A stretch of DNA of 64,000 nucleotides, taken from assembly GCA_963769065.1 (NCBI GenBank), contig CAVYKG010000010.1:180569-244568 (forward strand). Direction: 5' to 3'. This DNA is from an uncultured Pseudomonadota bacterium (GTDB lineage Bacteria > Pseudomonadota > Gammaproteobacteria > Steroidobacterales > Steroidobacteraceae). Position numbers and translations under genes: made by a program. The notes under the pieces are model-generated. The model was not told where the DNA came from and ran no database searches. It worked only from the letters and a program-made list of their open reading frames with translations. How positions within the stretch are numbered: position 1 is the first letter of the stretch; every line of letters begins with the position of its first letter. Positions 21,181-30,386 of the stretch are shown one piece after another.

Positions 21181-22533
21181 CAGGGTTCCTTCCTCGCGCG
21201 AGCCAGCCGGTGTCGACACCACCGGCCGCAAAGGCCGGATCGTCGACCAGCGAGGACTGGAATGCGAGATTCGTAGCGATGCCTTCGAGGCGCGTCGCCG
21301 CGAGCGCGGCACGCAACCGTGCGAGTGCGGTATCGCGATCGTCGCCGTGCGCGATGATCTTCGCGAGCAGCGAGTCGTAGTACGGCGGCACGCCGCGCCC
21401 CGCTGACGATGTGGGTAGTCGACGCGAATGCCTTCGCCGCCCGGCCACGCGACGTGCGGTCAGCGTGCCCGGGACTCGGCCGGAAAGCCGTCGGCCGGAT
21501 CCTCGGCGTTGATGCGGCATTCGATTGCCGCAGCCACGCGAGCTCGACGGTGCGGCCTGCGCCAGCCGCAGGCCCTCGCCCGATGCGATGGCGATCTGTT
21601 CGGCGACGAGGTCGACGCCCGTCACCGCCTCGGTGACCGGATGCTCGACCTGGATGCGCGCGTTCATCTCGAGGAAGTAGAACTCCCGCGCGCGACGTCG
21701 ACGAGGAACTCGACGGTGCCAGCGCCCCGATAGTCGAGACGCTTCGGCGAACGCGACCGCGGCCGCATGCAGTGCGGACCGCAGCGGCGCAGGCAGCGCG
21801 GGGGCGGGCGTCTCCTCGATCAGCTTCTGGTAGCGGCGCTGCACCGAGCAGTCGCGCTCACCGAGATGCATGACGGCGCCGCGCCCGTCGCCGAGCACCT
21901 GCACCTCGACGTGCCGGCCGCTGCGCGACGTACCGCTCGAGGTACACGCGCGCATCGCCGAACGCGGCGCCGGCTTCCGCGCTCGGCGAGGTCGAGTGCT
22001 TCGGGCAGGTCCTCCAGACGTTCGACCGCTTCATGCCGCGCCCGCCGCCGCCGCCCACCGCCTTGACCAGCAATGGCGCACCGACCCGGGCGCCGAGTGC
22101 GAGCGCCGCTTCGCGCGAGTCGGCCGCTCCGCCTGGCACCACCGGGACACCGGCCGCCTCGGCGGCCTCGCGTGCGCGCAGCTTGTCGCCGACAGCCGCG
22201 ATCTGCGCCGCCGTCGGGCCCGATGAAGATGAGCCCGGCTTCTTCCGCGCAGTTCGGCCAGTACCGCGCGTTCGGAGAGGAAGCCGTAGCCGGGATGGAT
22301 CGCGTCGCAGCCGCTCGCCTCCGCCGCCTGCACGACGGTTCGGCGCCGACAGGTAGCTGTCGGCAGGACGCGCCGGACCGATGCACAGCGTCGGTCCGCC
22401 AGCCGCGCCGGCAGCGAGTCGCAGATCGGCCTCGGATGCGCCGAGCACCGTGCTCGATTCCGAGCCGTCGGCACGTGCGCATGATGCGCAGCGCGATCTC
22501 GCCGCGGTTGGCGATGAAGACGCGCCGGATCAC
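21180..22533 (-). pseudogene. Biotin carboxylase (AccC/PycA-like), multiply frameshifted
   Basis: Segments 'VIRRVFIANRGEIALRIMRTCRRLGIE', 'AIHPGYGFLSE', 'AGVPVVPG', 'LLVKAVGGGGGRGMK', 'HVEVQVLGDGRGAVMHLGERDCSVQRRYQKLIEE', 'FYFLEMNARIQVEHPVTE' and 'PPYYDSLLAKIIAHG' are spread over three frames. I count at least 10 frame changes. Length is 3n+1. Confidence 0.75.
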
Positions 22534-23009
22534 GACTTCGCGGCCGACCCGCAACAGCGGCTGGCCATGCTCGACCAGACTCGCCGTCGGTGACCAGCAG
22601 CTCGACCACCCGTCCCGCTGCGCCCGGCGCGGACGCGTGTTCATCAGCTTCATCACCTCGATGATGCCGATGACGGTCTCTTCGCTCGACCTCGGACGCC
22701 GACCTCGACGAACGGCGGCGCGCCAGGCTTCGGCGCGCGGTAGAACGTGCCCAGGATCGGCGACGACCACCTCGTCGCCGCGCAGCGCGTCCGGCGGCAG
22801 CCGCGGTCGCGCAGCCGCGGCGTACTGGCGCCGCGGCAGCGGGCGCGGTTTCGAGCCGGTGCTGCCGCACCCGCGCGTCGCAGGTTCAGCTTCACATCGC
22901 CGATCTGCAGTTCCAGTTCGATCGAAGCTGCGAGCTCTCGAGCAGGCGCGAGGATCTCCGCCACTTCCGTCGCAGTCAGACTCACCGTCGTGCCTCCGAA
23001 GATCGACAT
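22530..23009 (-). pseudogene. Biotin carboxyl carrier protein, frameshifted
   Basis: 'LTATEVAEIL...ELELQIGDVKLNLRR', 'SPILGTFYRAPKPGAPPFVEVG' and the biotinyl-Lys motif 'IIEVMKLMN' lie in different frames. Net length is 3n. Its boundaries are TGATG with the upstream gene and GTGA with accC. Confidence 0.65.
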
Positions 23010-24045
23010 CACATGCTGCGCGTGGATCGGCAGCGGGCTTCGCGACGCGGCGCCGCCTCGCGTCGTTGCCCACACCGTCTCGGGGCGGCTCTGCAGCAGC
23101 AGCAGCGCTTGCCTGCCGCGCTCGACCGCCCACTCGATGTCCTGCGGCGTGCCGTAGTGGCGCTCGACCTGCGCGGCCCGACCGCGCGCAACTGCTGCAG
23201 CTCCTCGTCGCTGAGGCACGGCGCGGTGCGCAGGTCCGCCGGCGTCTCGACCGACTCCGATGCCGCCGCCCGGGCTCGGGACGATGCCGGACGTGCTTGT
23301 CCGAGATGTCGCGCACGCGTGATCTCGCCGGTGATCTTGCCGACCACCCAGCGGTCCGGGGTGACTTCGCCGCCGACGACGGCCGAGCCGAGCCCCCAGC
23401 GCCTTCGATCGTGATCACCGACCGGTCGCCCGGTCAGCGGGCTGCGGGTGAACATCACGCCGGCGCATGCGCGCGTCGACCATGCGCTGGACGACGACCG
23501 CCATCGCCACGCCGCTCTTCGGGCAGGCCGCGCTTGCGGCGATAGGTCATCGACTCGACCGAATAGAGGCTCGCCCAGCACCGGCGCACGTGCGAGCACG
23601 GTCTGCGCGCGATCGGTCACCCACAGGAAGGTGTCCTGCAGGCCGGCGAAGCTCGCGTCGGCGGCGTCCTCGGTCGTCGCGGAGGAGCGCACCGCGACCG
23701 GGCTCGCCGTTGCGCGCAGAGCTCGCGCGTACGCCGCGCGCGATGTCCGCGTGCGAGCATCGTCCGGCAGCGGCGCCGCCTCGATGCGCGCGCGCAGGAC
23801 TTCGCGCACGCGCTCCGTCGACGGCATCGAGGTCGTCCGGGTCGAGCGCCTCGACCGGCTGCGCGCACCGGCTCAGCGCGCTCCGAGCGCTGCGAGGAAC
23901 GCTCGAACGCCGCGGTGCGTCACGACGAACCCCGGCGGCACCGGCGATGCCGGCGCGCGTCAGTTCGCCGAGGCTCGCGCCCTTGCCGCCGGCACGGTCG
24001 GCCGGTCGCCGATGCCGACGTCCGGCGAACCAGCGCGATCGGCAT
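23009..24045 (-). pseudogene. PEP-synthase N-terminal (PPDK_N ATP-binding) subunit, PpsB-like, frameshifted
   Basis: 'GGKGASLGEL', 'VAVRSSATTEDAADASFAGLQDTFLWV', 'GVMFTRSPLTG', 'GLGSAVVGGEVTPDRWVV' and 'PQDIEWAVERG...LLLLQSRPETVW' are scattered over three frames. Length is 3n+2. Confidence 0.65.
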
Positions 24046-24064
24046 CAGCGTCTCAGCACGGCTC

Positions 24065-25919
24065 TCAGTCCAGGATCGTCACGATGCCGCGCCCGCCGTC
24101 GACGCGGATGCGCTGGCCGTCCGGATCCGCGACGTGGCGTTGCCCGGTGCCGACGACGGCCGGCAGGCCGTATTCGCGCGCGACGATCGCCGCGTGGCTC
24201 ATCGAGCCGCCGATGTCGGACACCGCGGCGCGCGATCTTCTGGAACATCGGCGCCCAGGTCGGATTGGTCACCTGGCAGACGAGGATGTCGCCCTGCTGG
24301 AGTGCGGCCGATCTCCTCCACCGACTTGACGCACGCGCGCGGTGCCTTCGACCACGCCGCGCGAGGCGGCGAAGCCCTTCAGCTCGTTGCTCGGTCGCAT
24401 CGCTGCTCGACGTCGAGCCAGGCATCGAGGTTCTCGCGGGTGATGCCCCACAGCATGACGATCGCCGGGATCGTCGATGACGTCGGGCACCGGGCCGAGC
24501 GCCGGCGGCGTCGTCGTGCCTGGCCCATGCCTTCAGATCGCCGCCTTGCGCTCGGCGACGATCGGCCGGCCAGTGCTGCGGCCCGCGCGGCGGCGCCGCC
24601 CGAGGCCCAGCGAGCATCAGGTCGATGATCGCCGCTTCGAGCTCGTAGTGCGTCAGGTGGAACACGTCGTCTTCCGTCGGCGAAGAAGCCGTGCTCGGCC
24701 AGCAGCGCGCCGAACTCGCGGATCTTGTTGAAGAACAGGTTGGTGTACCAGTGCTCGCAGTAGAACTTGTGGCCCTCGACGTAGGGGAACACGCGGTGCG
24801 CGAGCGTCGATCATCTGGTCGTAGGCCGCGCGCTCCTCGTCCGGTGTCGAGCAGCTCGCGGTAGTCCTCGAGCGAGCTGCTTGCGCTCGGCCTGCAGCCG
24901 CTCCATCGGCCGCTCGAGGTTCTCGCCGGCCTTGCATCTGCTCGATGTAGTCCGGGCAGCGCCGGCGAACGGCATGGTCAGGTCGTCGTTCCAGCTGCGG
25001 TGGTAGTGGTAGAAGCCGTCGCCGACGTTGACGTTGAACCACGGGTCGCGCGACGGTCTCGAGCTCCTCGAGCCACTTCGTGCCCGGCGCGCCCACGCCT
25101 GTCGAGCGATGCCGAGCACCTGCTCGGCACTGTCGCGCCATCGATGAAGTGGTGCGTCGACGCCGAGCTCGACGGCGCAGCGCGCGAGGCGCTTCAGCTC
25201 GTCGTCGGGGCGGAAGATCTCGGCCTCCATGCCGGCGACCATGCGCGCTGATCGTCTGGTCGCTGATCTCCGGGAAGGCCTTCTTGCAGAAGTCGAAGAA
25301 GGTCATGTACGCGCCGTAGCCGAGCAGCAGGAACTCGAAGTGGTGGTGCCACATCCGGAAGTAGCCTTCGAGCGTGCTTGCTGGTAGGTCTCGAGCAGCT
25401 CGTGGTTGGAGGCGATGCCGCGTGCCGGCGTGCACGTGTCTCGAGCGGCTCGTAACTCGGGCAGCGTCGAGCTTCGGCAGCGCCTGCGCGTCCGCGATCA
25501 GCGCCTTCATCTTGACCTTCCACTGGTCGTAGAGCCGTCTCCCAGTGCTCGTAGTAGTAGAACGCGCGCTGCTGGAACTCGCCGGTGCGCTCGCCGATCT
25601 CGGCCGGGTCGGTCACCGCGTACGCCGCCGATGTAGACGCGGCCGTTGATGATGCGGTGGTCGATGCCCTTGGTGGTCGGCAGGCACGTGGACGCGGGTG
25701 TTGGCGGCGCCCAGCGCGCAGTAGGCGGCCTCGGCCGTGACCATGTCGAAGTGCTGCATCGGCTCGGGGAAGTGCATCGAGTTGTAGAACCAGAAGCGCT
25801 CGTCGTCCTCCGGCGCGAACTGGATGTAGTACGGGATAGGCCGCCTGCGCGCGCTCGGTGCCGGGCACGACCTTCAGCGAGCTCGGCAGCGGAAACGTCT
25901 GGTTTGCCGGCGTACTCAT
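24065..25919 (-). pseudogene. Phenylphosphate-synthase alpha (PpsA)-like PEP-utilising His-domain subunit, frameshifted
   Basis: Reconstructed by hand across frames: 'MSTPANQTFPLPSSLKVVPGTERAQAAYP|YYIQFAPEDDERFWFYNSMHFPEPMQHFD|LPTTKGIDHRIINGRVYIGGV|VTDPAEIGERTGEFQQRAFYYYEHWE', 'WHHHFEFLLLGYGAYMTFFDFCKKAFP', 'IFRPDDELKRLA', 'DPWFNVNVGDGFYHYHRSWNDDL', 'FPYVEGHKFYCEHWYTNLFFNKIRE' and '[21 protein letters not shown]|[29 protein letters not shown]...[14 protein letters not shown]'. Length is 3n+1. Confidence 0.6.
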
Positions 25920-26085
25920 ATGGCTCTCCTGCAACGGCCATTTGTGCGGGGTCGATCTGACTTTCCCGAGCGTAACCCGTTGCCACCACGGCCGCGCGCA
26001 CCATCCGGGCCGGGGTCTGTGCCGGGCGCGAGTTGACGTCGTCGGCAGGTTGCCGCCCGTGCCGCGCCCGGTCAAGCTCGCGCTG

Positions 26086-26700
26086 ATGCGCACTGCTGTC
26101 GTCGTCACGCTGATCGCACTGCTCGCGATCTCCGGTATCCACCCCTACGACCGCCTCACCTGGCTGATGGAAGTCGCGCCGGTCATCGTCGGGCTGCCGC
26201 TCGCCGTCACGCTGCATCGCCCCTTTCCATTGACGCCACTCGTCAGCGCGTGCCTGTTCGCGCTTGCCTGTGTACTCATGCTCGGCGGCGCCTACACCTA
26301 TGCGCGCGTCCCGTTCGGCTTCGTGCTGCAGGACTGGATGCATCTCGACCGTAATCCCTACGATCGCATCGGCCATCTGATGCAGGGGTTCGTACCGGCG
26401 ATGCTGGTGCGCGAGATCCTGATCCGCGGCGATTTCGTGCGCCGCACTCCGGTGCGACCGGTGCTGGTCGTCTGCGTCGCGCTTGCCATCAGCGCGTCGT
26501 ACGAACTGGTCGAATGGCTCTCTGCGCTTCTGCTCGGACAGGCGGCGGATGATTTCCTCGGGACACAGGGCGATCCCTGGGACACGCAGTGGGACATGTT
26601 CTGTGCGTTGCTCGGCGCCATCGCCGCCCAGCTGCTGCTCTCGCGCTGGCACGATCGCCAGCTCGCGCGCCTGCCGGAAGGCGCACAATGGCGGGCATGA
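26086..26700 (+). CDS. YjdF/DUF2238 family inner-membrane protein
   Basis: 'HPYDRLTWLMEVAPVIVG', 'NPYDRIGHLMQGFVPA' and 'GTQGDPWDTQWDM'. Confidence 0.75.
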   Translation: MRTAVVVTLIALLAISGIHPYDRLTWLMEVAPVIVGLPLAVTLHRPFPLTPLVSACLFALACVLMLGGAYTYARVPFGFVLQDWMHLDRNPYDRIGHLMQGFVPAMLVREILIRGDFVRRTPVRPVLVVCVALAISASYELVEWLSALLLGQAADDFLGTQGDPWDTQWDMFCALLGAIAAQLLLSRWHDRQLARLPEGAQWRA

Positions 26701-26864
26701 CCCGCCTCATCCTCGCCATCCTCATCGTGGTCGCGGTTCTGCTCGGCGCGCTGATGGCATTGCGGCGCAATCGGGTGCAGCTGCCGCCGCCCGAAGTGCT
26801 CGATCGCGTGAAGAAGCGGGAGGTGGCGCTCGAAGCGCGGGAGCGAGAGGCGCACGACGACTGA
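26688..26864 (+). CDS. Small single-TM protein (DUF2897-like)
   Basis: 58 aa, 'MAGMTRLILAILIVVAVLLGALMALRR...', with a charged C-terminus. It overlaps the yjdF-like stop; an alternative ATG at 26697 gives an ATGA overlap. Confidence 0.45.
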   Translation: MAGMTRLILAILIVVAVLLGALMALRRNRVQLPPPEVLDRVKKREVALEAREREAHDD

Positions 26865-26951
26865 TCCGTCACCAAAGCGTCGCATGGCCGTCAACTCGAC
26901 GCCGCATCGGCTCCGTACCGTCTGAACGTCGTCAACGTTCGGAGAGTCGAT

Positions 26952-28274
26952 ATGCCCACCGCCCTGCACGCCGCCGCCCGCGTCACCATCGCCGTCGCCG
27001 CCGTCATCGCCGCATCGTCGAGCCACGCTGAGGAGCGTGATCGTCGCTGGAACGGTGACCCCTGGCAGGACGACAACGTCCAGGTCGGACCGCGCCCCTA
27101 TTACCTCGTGGACGGACTCGACGACGGCGCGCTGAAGGCCCGACTGGAGAAATGCAAGGACGAGCCGGTGCGGCGCACCGATTTCTCGATCGGCCATCGC
27201 GGCGCGCCGCTGATGTTCCCGGAACACACCCGCGAATCGTACGAGGCGGCCGCACGCATGGGCGCCGGCATCGTGGAGTGCGACGTCACCTTCACGAGTG
27301 ATGGCTCGCTCGTCTGCCGGCATGCGCAGAACGATCTGCACACGACCACCGATATCCTGTCGACCGCGCTCGCCAGCTCGTGCAAGGTGCCGTTCACCGC
27401 GGCGACGCGCGACCCCGCGGGCAAGGTGCTGACACCGGCAGCGGTGGAGTGCCGGACGTCGGAGCTGACGCTGGAGCAGTTCCGCACGCTGCGCGGCAAG
27501 ATGGACGCATTCAATCCCGGCGCTGCGACCCCGGCCGACTACCAGATCGGCACCGCCACCTGGCGCACCGACCTGTACACCGGCCGCGGCACGGTGATGA
27601 CGCTCCGCGAGAGCATCGAACTGAACCGGAAGCTCGGCGTAAAGCACACGCCGGAGCTGAAGGCCGGCGACCCGGCGACGATCACCGCGGTGTTCGGCAG
27701 CCAGGACCGTTACGCGCAACGGCTGGTCGACGAGCTGATCGCTGGCGGCGTCCGCCCGAAGGACGCGTGGCCGCAGTCGTTCAACCCGAACGACGTGCTG
27801 TACTGGGTCCGCAACACCGCGTTCGGCCAGCAGGCCGTGTTCCTCGTCGACTACGACGCGACCGCGAACAACATCGTGCTGTTCGACACGACGGGGCGGC
27901 AGCTCGTGGCGCGCGCCGAGCAGCTCGCATTCTTCAAGACCCTGCGCAAGGCTGGAGTACGCATCATCGCGCCGTCGATCCCGGCATTGCTCGAGGTCGA
28001 GGGATCGAATGTCGTGCCCTCGTTGCTCGCGAAAGAACTGAAGGACATGGGCTTCGACCTGATCTCCTGGTCGTTCGAGCGCTCGGACCTGCGCAAGGGC
28101 GCTGCCACCGCGGGCTCGTACTACGACTTCGATCCCGCCGGCACGGCAATCCGCAAGGACGCCGACCTGTACAAGGCGCTGCACACGCTTGCGCGCGACG
28201 TGAAGGTGATCGGGCTGTTCTCGGACTGGCCGGGTACGGTCAGCTATTACGCGAGCTGCATGAAGCTCAAGTAA
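26952..28274 (+). CDS. Secreted glycerophosphodiester phosphodiesterase family protein
   Basis: Signal peptide followed by 'FSIGHRGAPLMFPEHTRESY' and 'GAGIVECDVTFTSDGSLVCRH' (GDPD catalytic His/Glu/Asp region). Confidence 0.8.
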   Translation: MPTALHAAARVTIAVAAVIAASSSHAEERDRRWNGDPWQDDNVQVGPRPYYLVDGLDDGALKARLEKCKDEPVRRTDFSIGHRGAPLMFPEHTRESYEAAARMGAGIVECDVTFTSDGSLVCRHAQNDLHTTTDILSTALASSCKVPFTAATRDPAGKVLTPAAVECRTSELTLEQFRTLRGKMDAFNPGAATPADYQIGTATWRTDLYTGRGTVMTLRESIELNRKLGVKHTPELKAGDPATITAVFGSQDRYAQRLVDELIAGGVRPKDAWPQSFNPNDVLYWVRNTAFGQQAVFLVDYDATANNIVLFDTTGRQLVARAEQLAFFKTLRKAGVRIIAPSIPALLEVEGSNVVPSLLAKELKDMGFDLISWSFERSDLRKGAATAGSYYDFDPAGTAIRKDADLYKALHTLARDVKVIGLFSDWPGTVSYYASCMKLK

Positions 28275-29166
28275 CGCGCGGCGCAAGCAACGCCGGCTTC
28301 AGCACGCTCACGCACCATTCCCGAAAGGACGTGGGCGTGCTGTTCTGCGGAGAGCGCGCCTCGCCATTGTCGAGCCCGCTGTTCTTGGCCCACATCATGT
28401 CGATTCGACCGGTCGCCATCGCCTCGGACATGCCGGCCTTGATGAAGCCGGCTTTCGACAATTCGAGCGGCAACTGCTGATACCGCACCGGAACGCCGAG
28501 CGTGTCCGACAGGATGTGCGCCATGTCGTCGTGCGAGAGGTCGTCGGGACCGAGCACCGCGTCGTGCCCGGCGCCAGTCCACGTGTCGTCGAGCAGGAGG
28601 CGAGCCGCCGCATCGGCGATGTCGCGGCTCGCGCACAGCGGCAGCTTGCGACTCCCGTCGATCTGACCGAAGAAGACCCCTTGCGTGCGCAGGGGTTCGA
28701 GCTGCCGCAACAGGTTGTCCATGAAGGAGGGCATCGTCAGCGCGCGAAACGCGGTGCCGGTTTCCGCCAGCAGGTCGTCCATCGCAAGCGACGCCGTGAC
28801 GAAGCCGGCGCGATCGGCGACCGCCGTTCCACGTCCCAGCGCCGAGATGCTGACCACGCGCCCGACCGAATGCCGGACGATCGCCTCGCAGGCAGGCCGC
28901 GTGAAGTCCTGGTAGACCTCCTCGAGGCGCGCGGCGCGGAAGTTCGGCGGCGGGAGCCAGAAGAGCGCATCGGCACCGACGAGCGCCCGGTCGATGACGT
29001 CCGCGTCGCCATGAGACCCTTCCACCACTTCGATGCGCTCGCGCAGCGTCGGCACGATCGACGCGGGCTTGCGCGCGATGGCACGGACGTCGGCACCTGC
29101 TGCGACGAGCCGCTGCAGCACCTGACGACCGATCGCGCCCGTCGGGGCCGTGACGACGATTTTCAG
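28267..29166 (-). CDS. NmrA-like NAD(P)-binding protein, no canonical start codon
   Basis: The Rossmann N-terminus 'KIVVTAPTGAIGRQVLQRL' is encoded upstream of the first ATG (29121). Further upstream in frame I find only CTG (29166) and ATC codons. The 5' end is therefore uncertain. Confidence 0.65.
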   Translation of the reverse strand: MKIVVTAPTGAIGRQVLQRLVAAGADVRAIARKPASIVPTLRERIEVVEGSHGDADVIDRALVGADALFWLPPPNFRAARLEEVYQDFTRPACEAIVRHSVGRVVSISALGRGTAVADRAGFVTASLAMDDLLAETGTAFRALTMPSFMDNLLRQLEPLRTQGVFFGQIDGSRKLPLCASRDIADAAARLLLDDTWTGAGHDAVLGPDDLSHDDMAHILSDTLGVPVRYQQLPLELSKAGFIKAGMSEAMATGRIDMMWAKNSGLDNGEARSPQNSTPTSFREWCVSVLKPALLAPRVT

Positions 29167-29177
29167 GCCAGCGATGA

Positions 29178-29672
29178 TCAGGCTCCCGTCAGCGCGGAGG
29201 CCAGCTTCCGGTCCGCCTCGAGAACCGGCAGCGTTCGTTTCGCGAATGCAGCCAGATCGGCATCCTTCATCCGGGTTGCGGCCTCGAACAACGCGATGGC
29301 CCGCACGTGCTCGGTATGCGCGTGCAATGCGAACCAGCCGTCGAATTCCGCGCCCGGATCAGCCGGAGCAGTCGCGAGCATCTGCTCATCGCTGAACACC
29401 ATCGTCGCGGGGACGTCGAGCCGCTTCCGGCCGGCAACCGTCTGCAAACCCTTGCGCAGCGCCTGCTGGTTCGCAACGATGTGGTCGGCGAAAGACTGCA
29501 CTCCCGCGCTCTGCGAGCGGCTCCGCGCGAGCTTTGCCAATGCCACGAGCGTCAGGGCGCCGAGCGCCGCGCCCTTGACGAACACGGTCGGGTCTTCGAT
29601 CACCGACTCTTCCGACTCGCGCACCACCGCATCGGCGCGTTCGACCTTCTCACGATCGGGATCGGCATTCAT
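29178..29672 (-). CDS. DUF4142 domain protein
   Basis: 'FADHIVANQQAL', 'FDGWFALHAHTEHVRAIALFE' and 'LAAFAKRTLPVLEADRKLA' match the DUF4142 repeat pattern. Its ATG overlaps the rlmE stop (TGATG). Confidence 0.65.
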   Translation of the reverse strand: MNADPDREKVERADAVVRESEESVIEDPTVFVKGAALGALTLVALAKLARSRSQSAGVQSFADHIVANQQALRKGLQTVAGRKRLDVPATMVFSDEQMLATAPADPGAEFDGWFALHAHTEHVRAIALFEAATRMKDADLAAFAKRTLPVLEADRKLASALTGA

Positions 29673-30301
29673 CAGGACGCTCCGGGTTTGAATTCTTTCG
29701 CGACGAAATAGACCTCGCGCGACTCTGACCGCGACGCATCGGGCTTGCGGATCGACACCTTGCCGAACGATCTGCGCACGTCCTTCAGGAACTGTTCCGA
29801 ACCGACACCCTGGAACACCTTGACGACGAACGTGCCGCCCGACTTCAGCGTCTTGCGCACCATGTCGAGTGCGAGCTCGACGAGGTACATGGATTTCGCC
29901 TGGTCGGAGGAGTCGATGCCGCTGAGGTTCGGCGAAATGTCGCAGATGATCACCTCGGGCTTCTTGTCACCGAGCGCCGCGATGACCTGTTCGAGGACGG
30001 CATCGTCGGTGAAGTCGCCCTGGATGAAGTCGACGTTGGGCAGCGCGTCCATCGGCAGGATGTCGGTCGCGACGACGCGCCCGCGGCGGCCGATCAGCCG
30101 GCCGGCCACCTGGCACCAGCCGCCCGGCGCAGACCCCAGGTCGACCACCAGCGCGTTCGGATGCAGGAAGCGGTCCTTCTCGTTCAGCTGGATGAGCTTG
30201 TACGCCGCACGCGAGCGGTAGCCCTCCTTCTGCGCCTGCTTGACGAAGGGATCGCTGACGTGCCGCTGCAGCCACTCGCCGCTGCTTTTCGATCGGGCCA
30301 T
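29672..30301 (-). CDS. rlmE: 23S rRNA (uridine2552-2'-O)-methyltransferase
   Basis: 'SSGEWLQRHVSDPFVKQAQKEGYRSRAAYKL' and 'VVDLGSAPGGWCQV'; 209 aa. Confidence 0.9.
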   Translation of the reverse strand: MARSKSSGEWLQRHVSDPFVKQAQKEGYRSRAAYKLIQLNEKDRFLHPNALVVDLGSAPGGWCQVAGRLIGRRGRVVATDILPMDALPNVDFIQGDFTDDAVLEQVIAALGDKKPEVIICDISPNLSGIDSSDQAKSMYLVELALDMVRKTLKSGGTFVVKVFQGVGSEQFLKDVRRSFGKVSIRKPDASRSESREVYFVAKEFKPGAS

Positions 30302-30386
30302 GGAGGGATCGGGAACCGCTACAATTGCGGCCGATTCTAGCGCCGCAATGCTCCTCTGTCGGGATAACCGTCCAGGTGCGCCGAAG

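Noticed and set aside
18863-21955. 1030-aa ORF that looks like one giant protein
   Set aside because: It is a read-through artefact. The 3' 276 codons are the HAD-IIA gene. The middle is out of frame over the carboxyltransferase gene (which is in the frame of ORF 19711..21312). The 5' part contains biotin-carboxylase fragments.
26358-28286. 642-aa antisense ORF across the yjdF-like and GDPD genes
   Set aside because: Same shadow-ORF composition. The opposite strand carries clearly recognisable genes.
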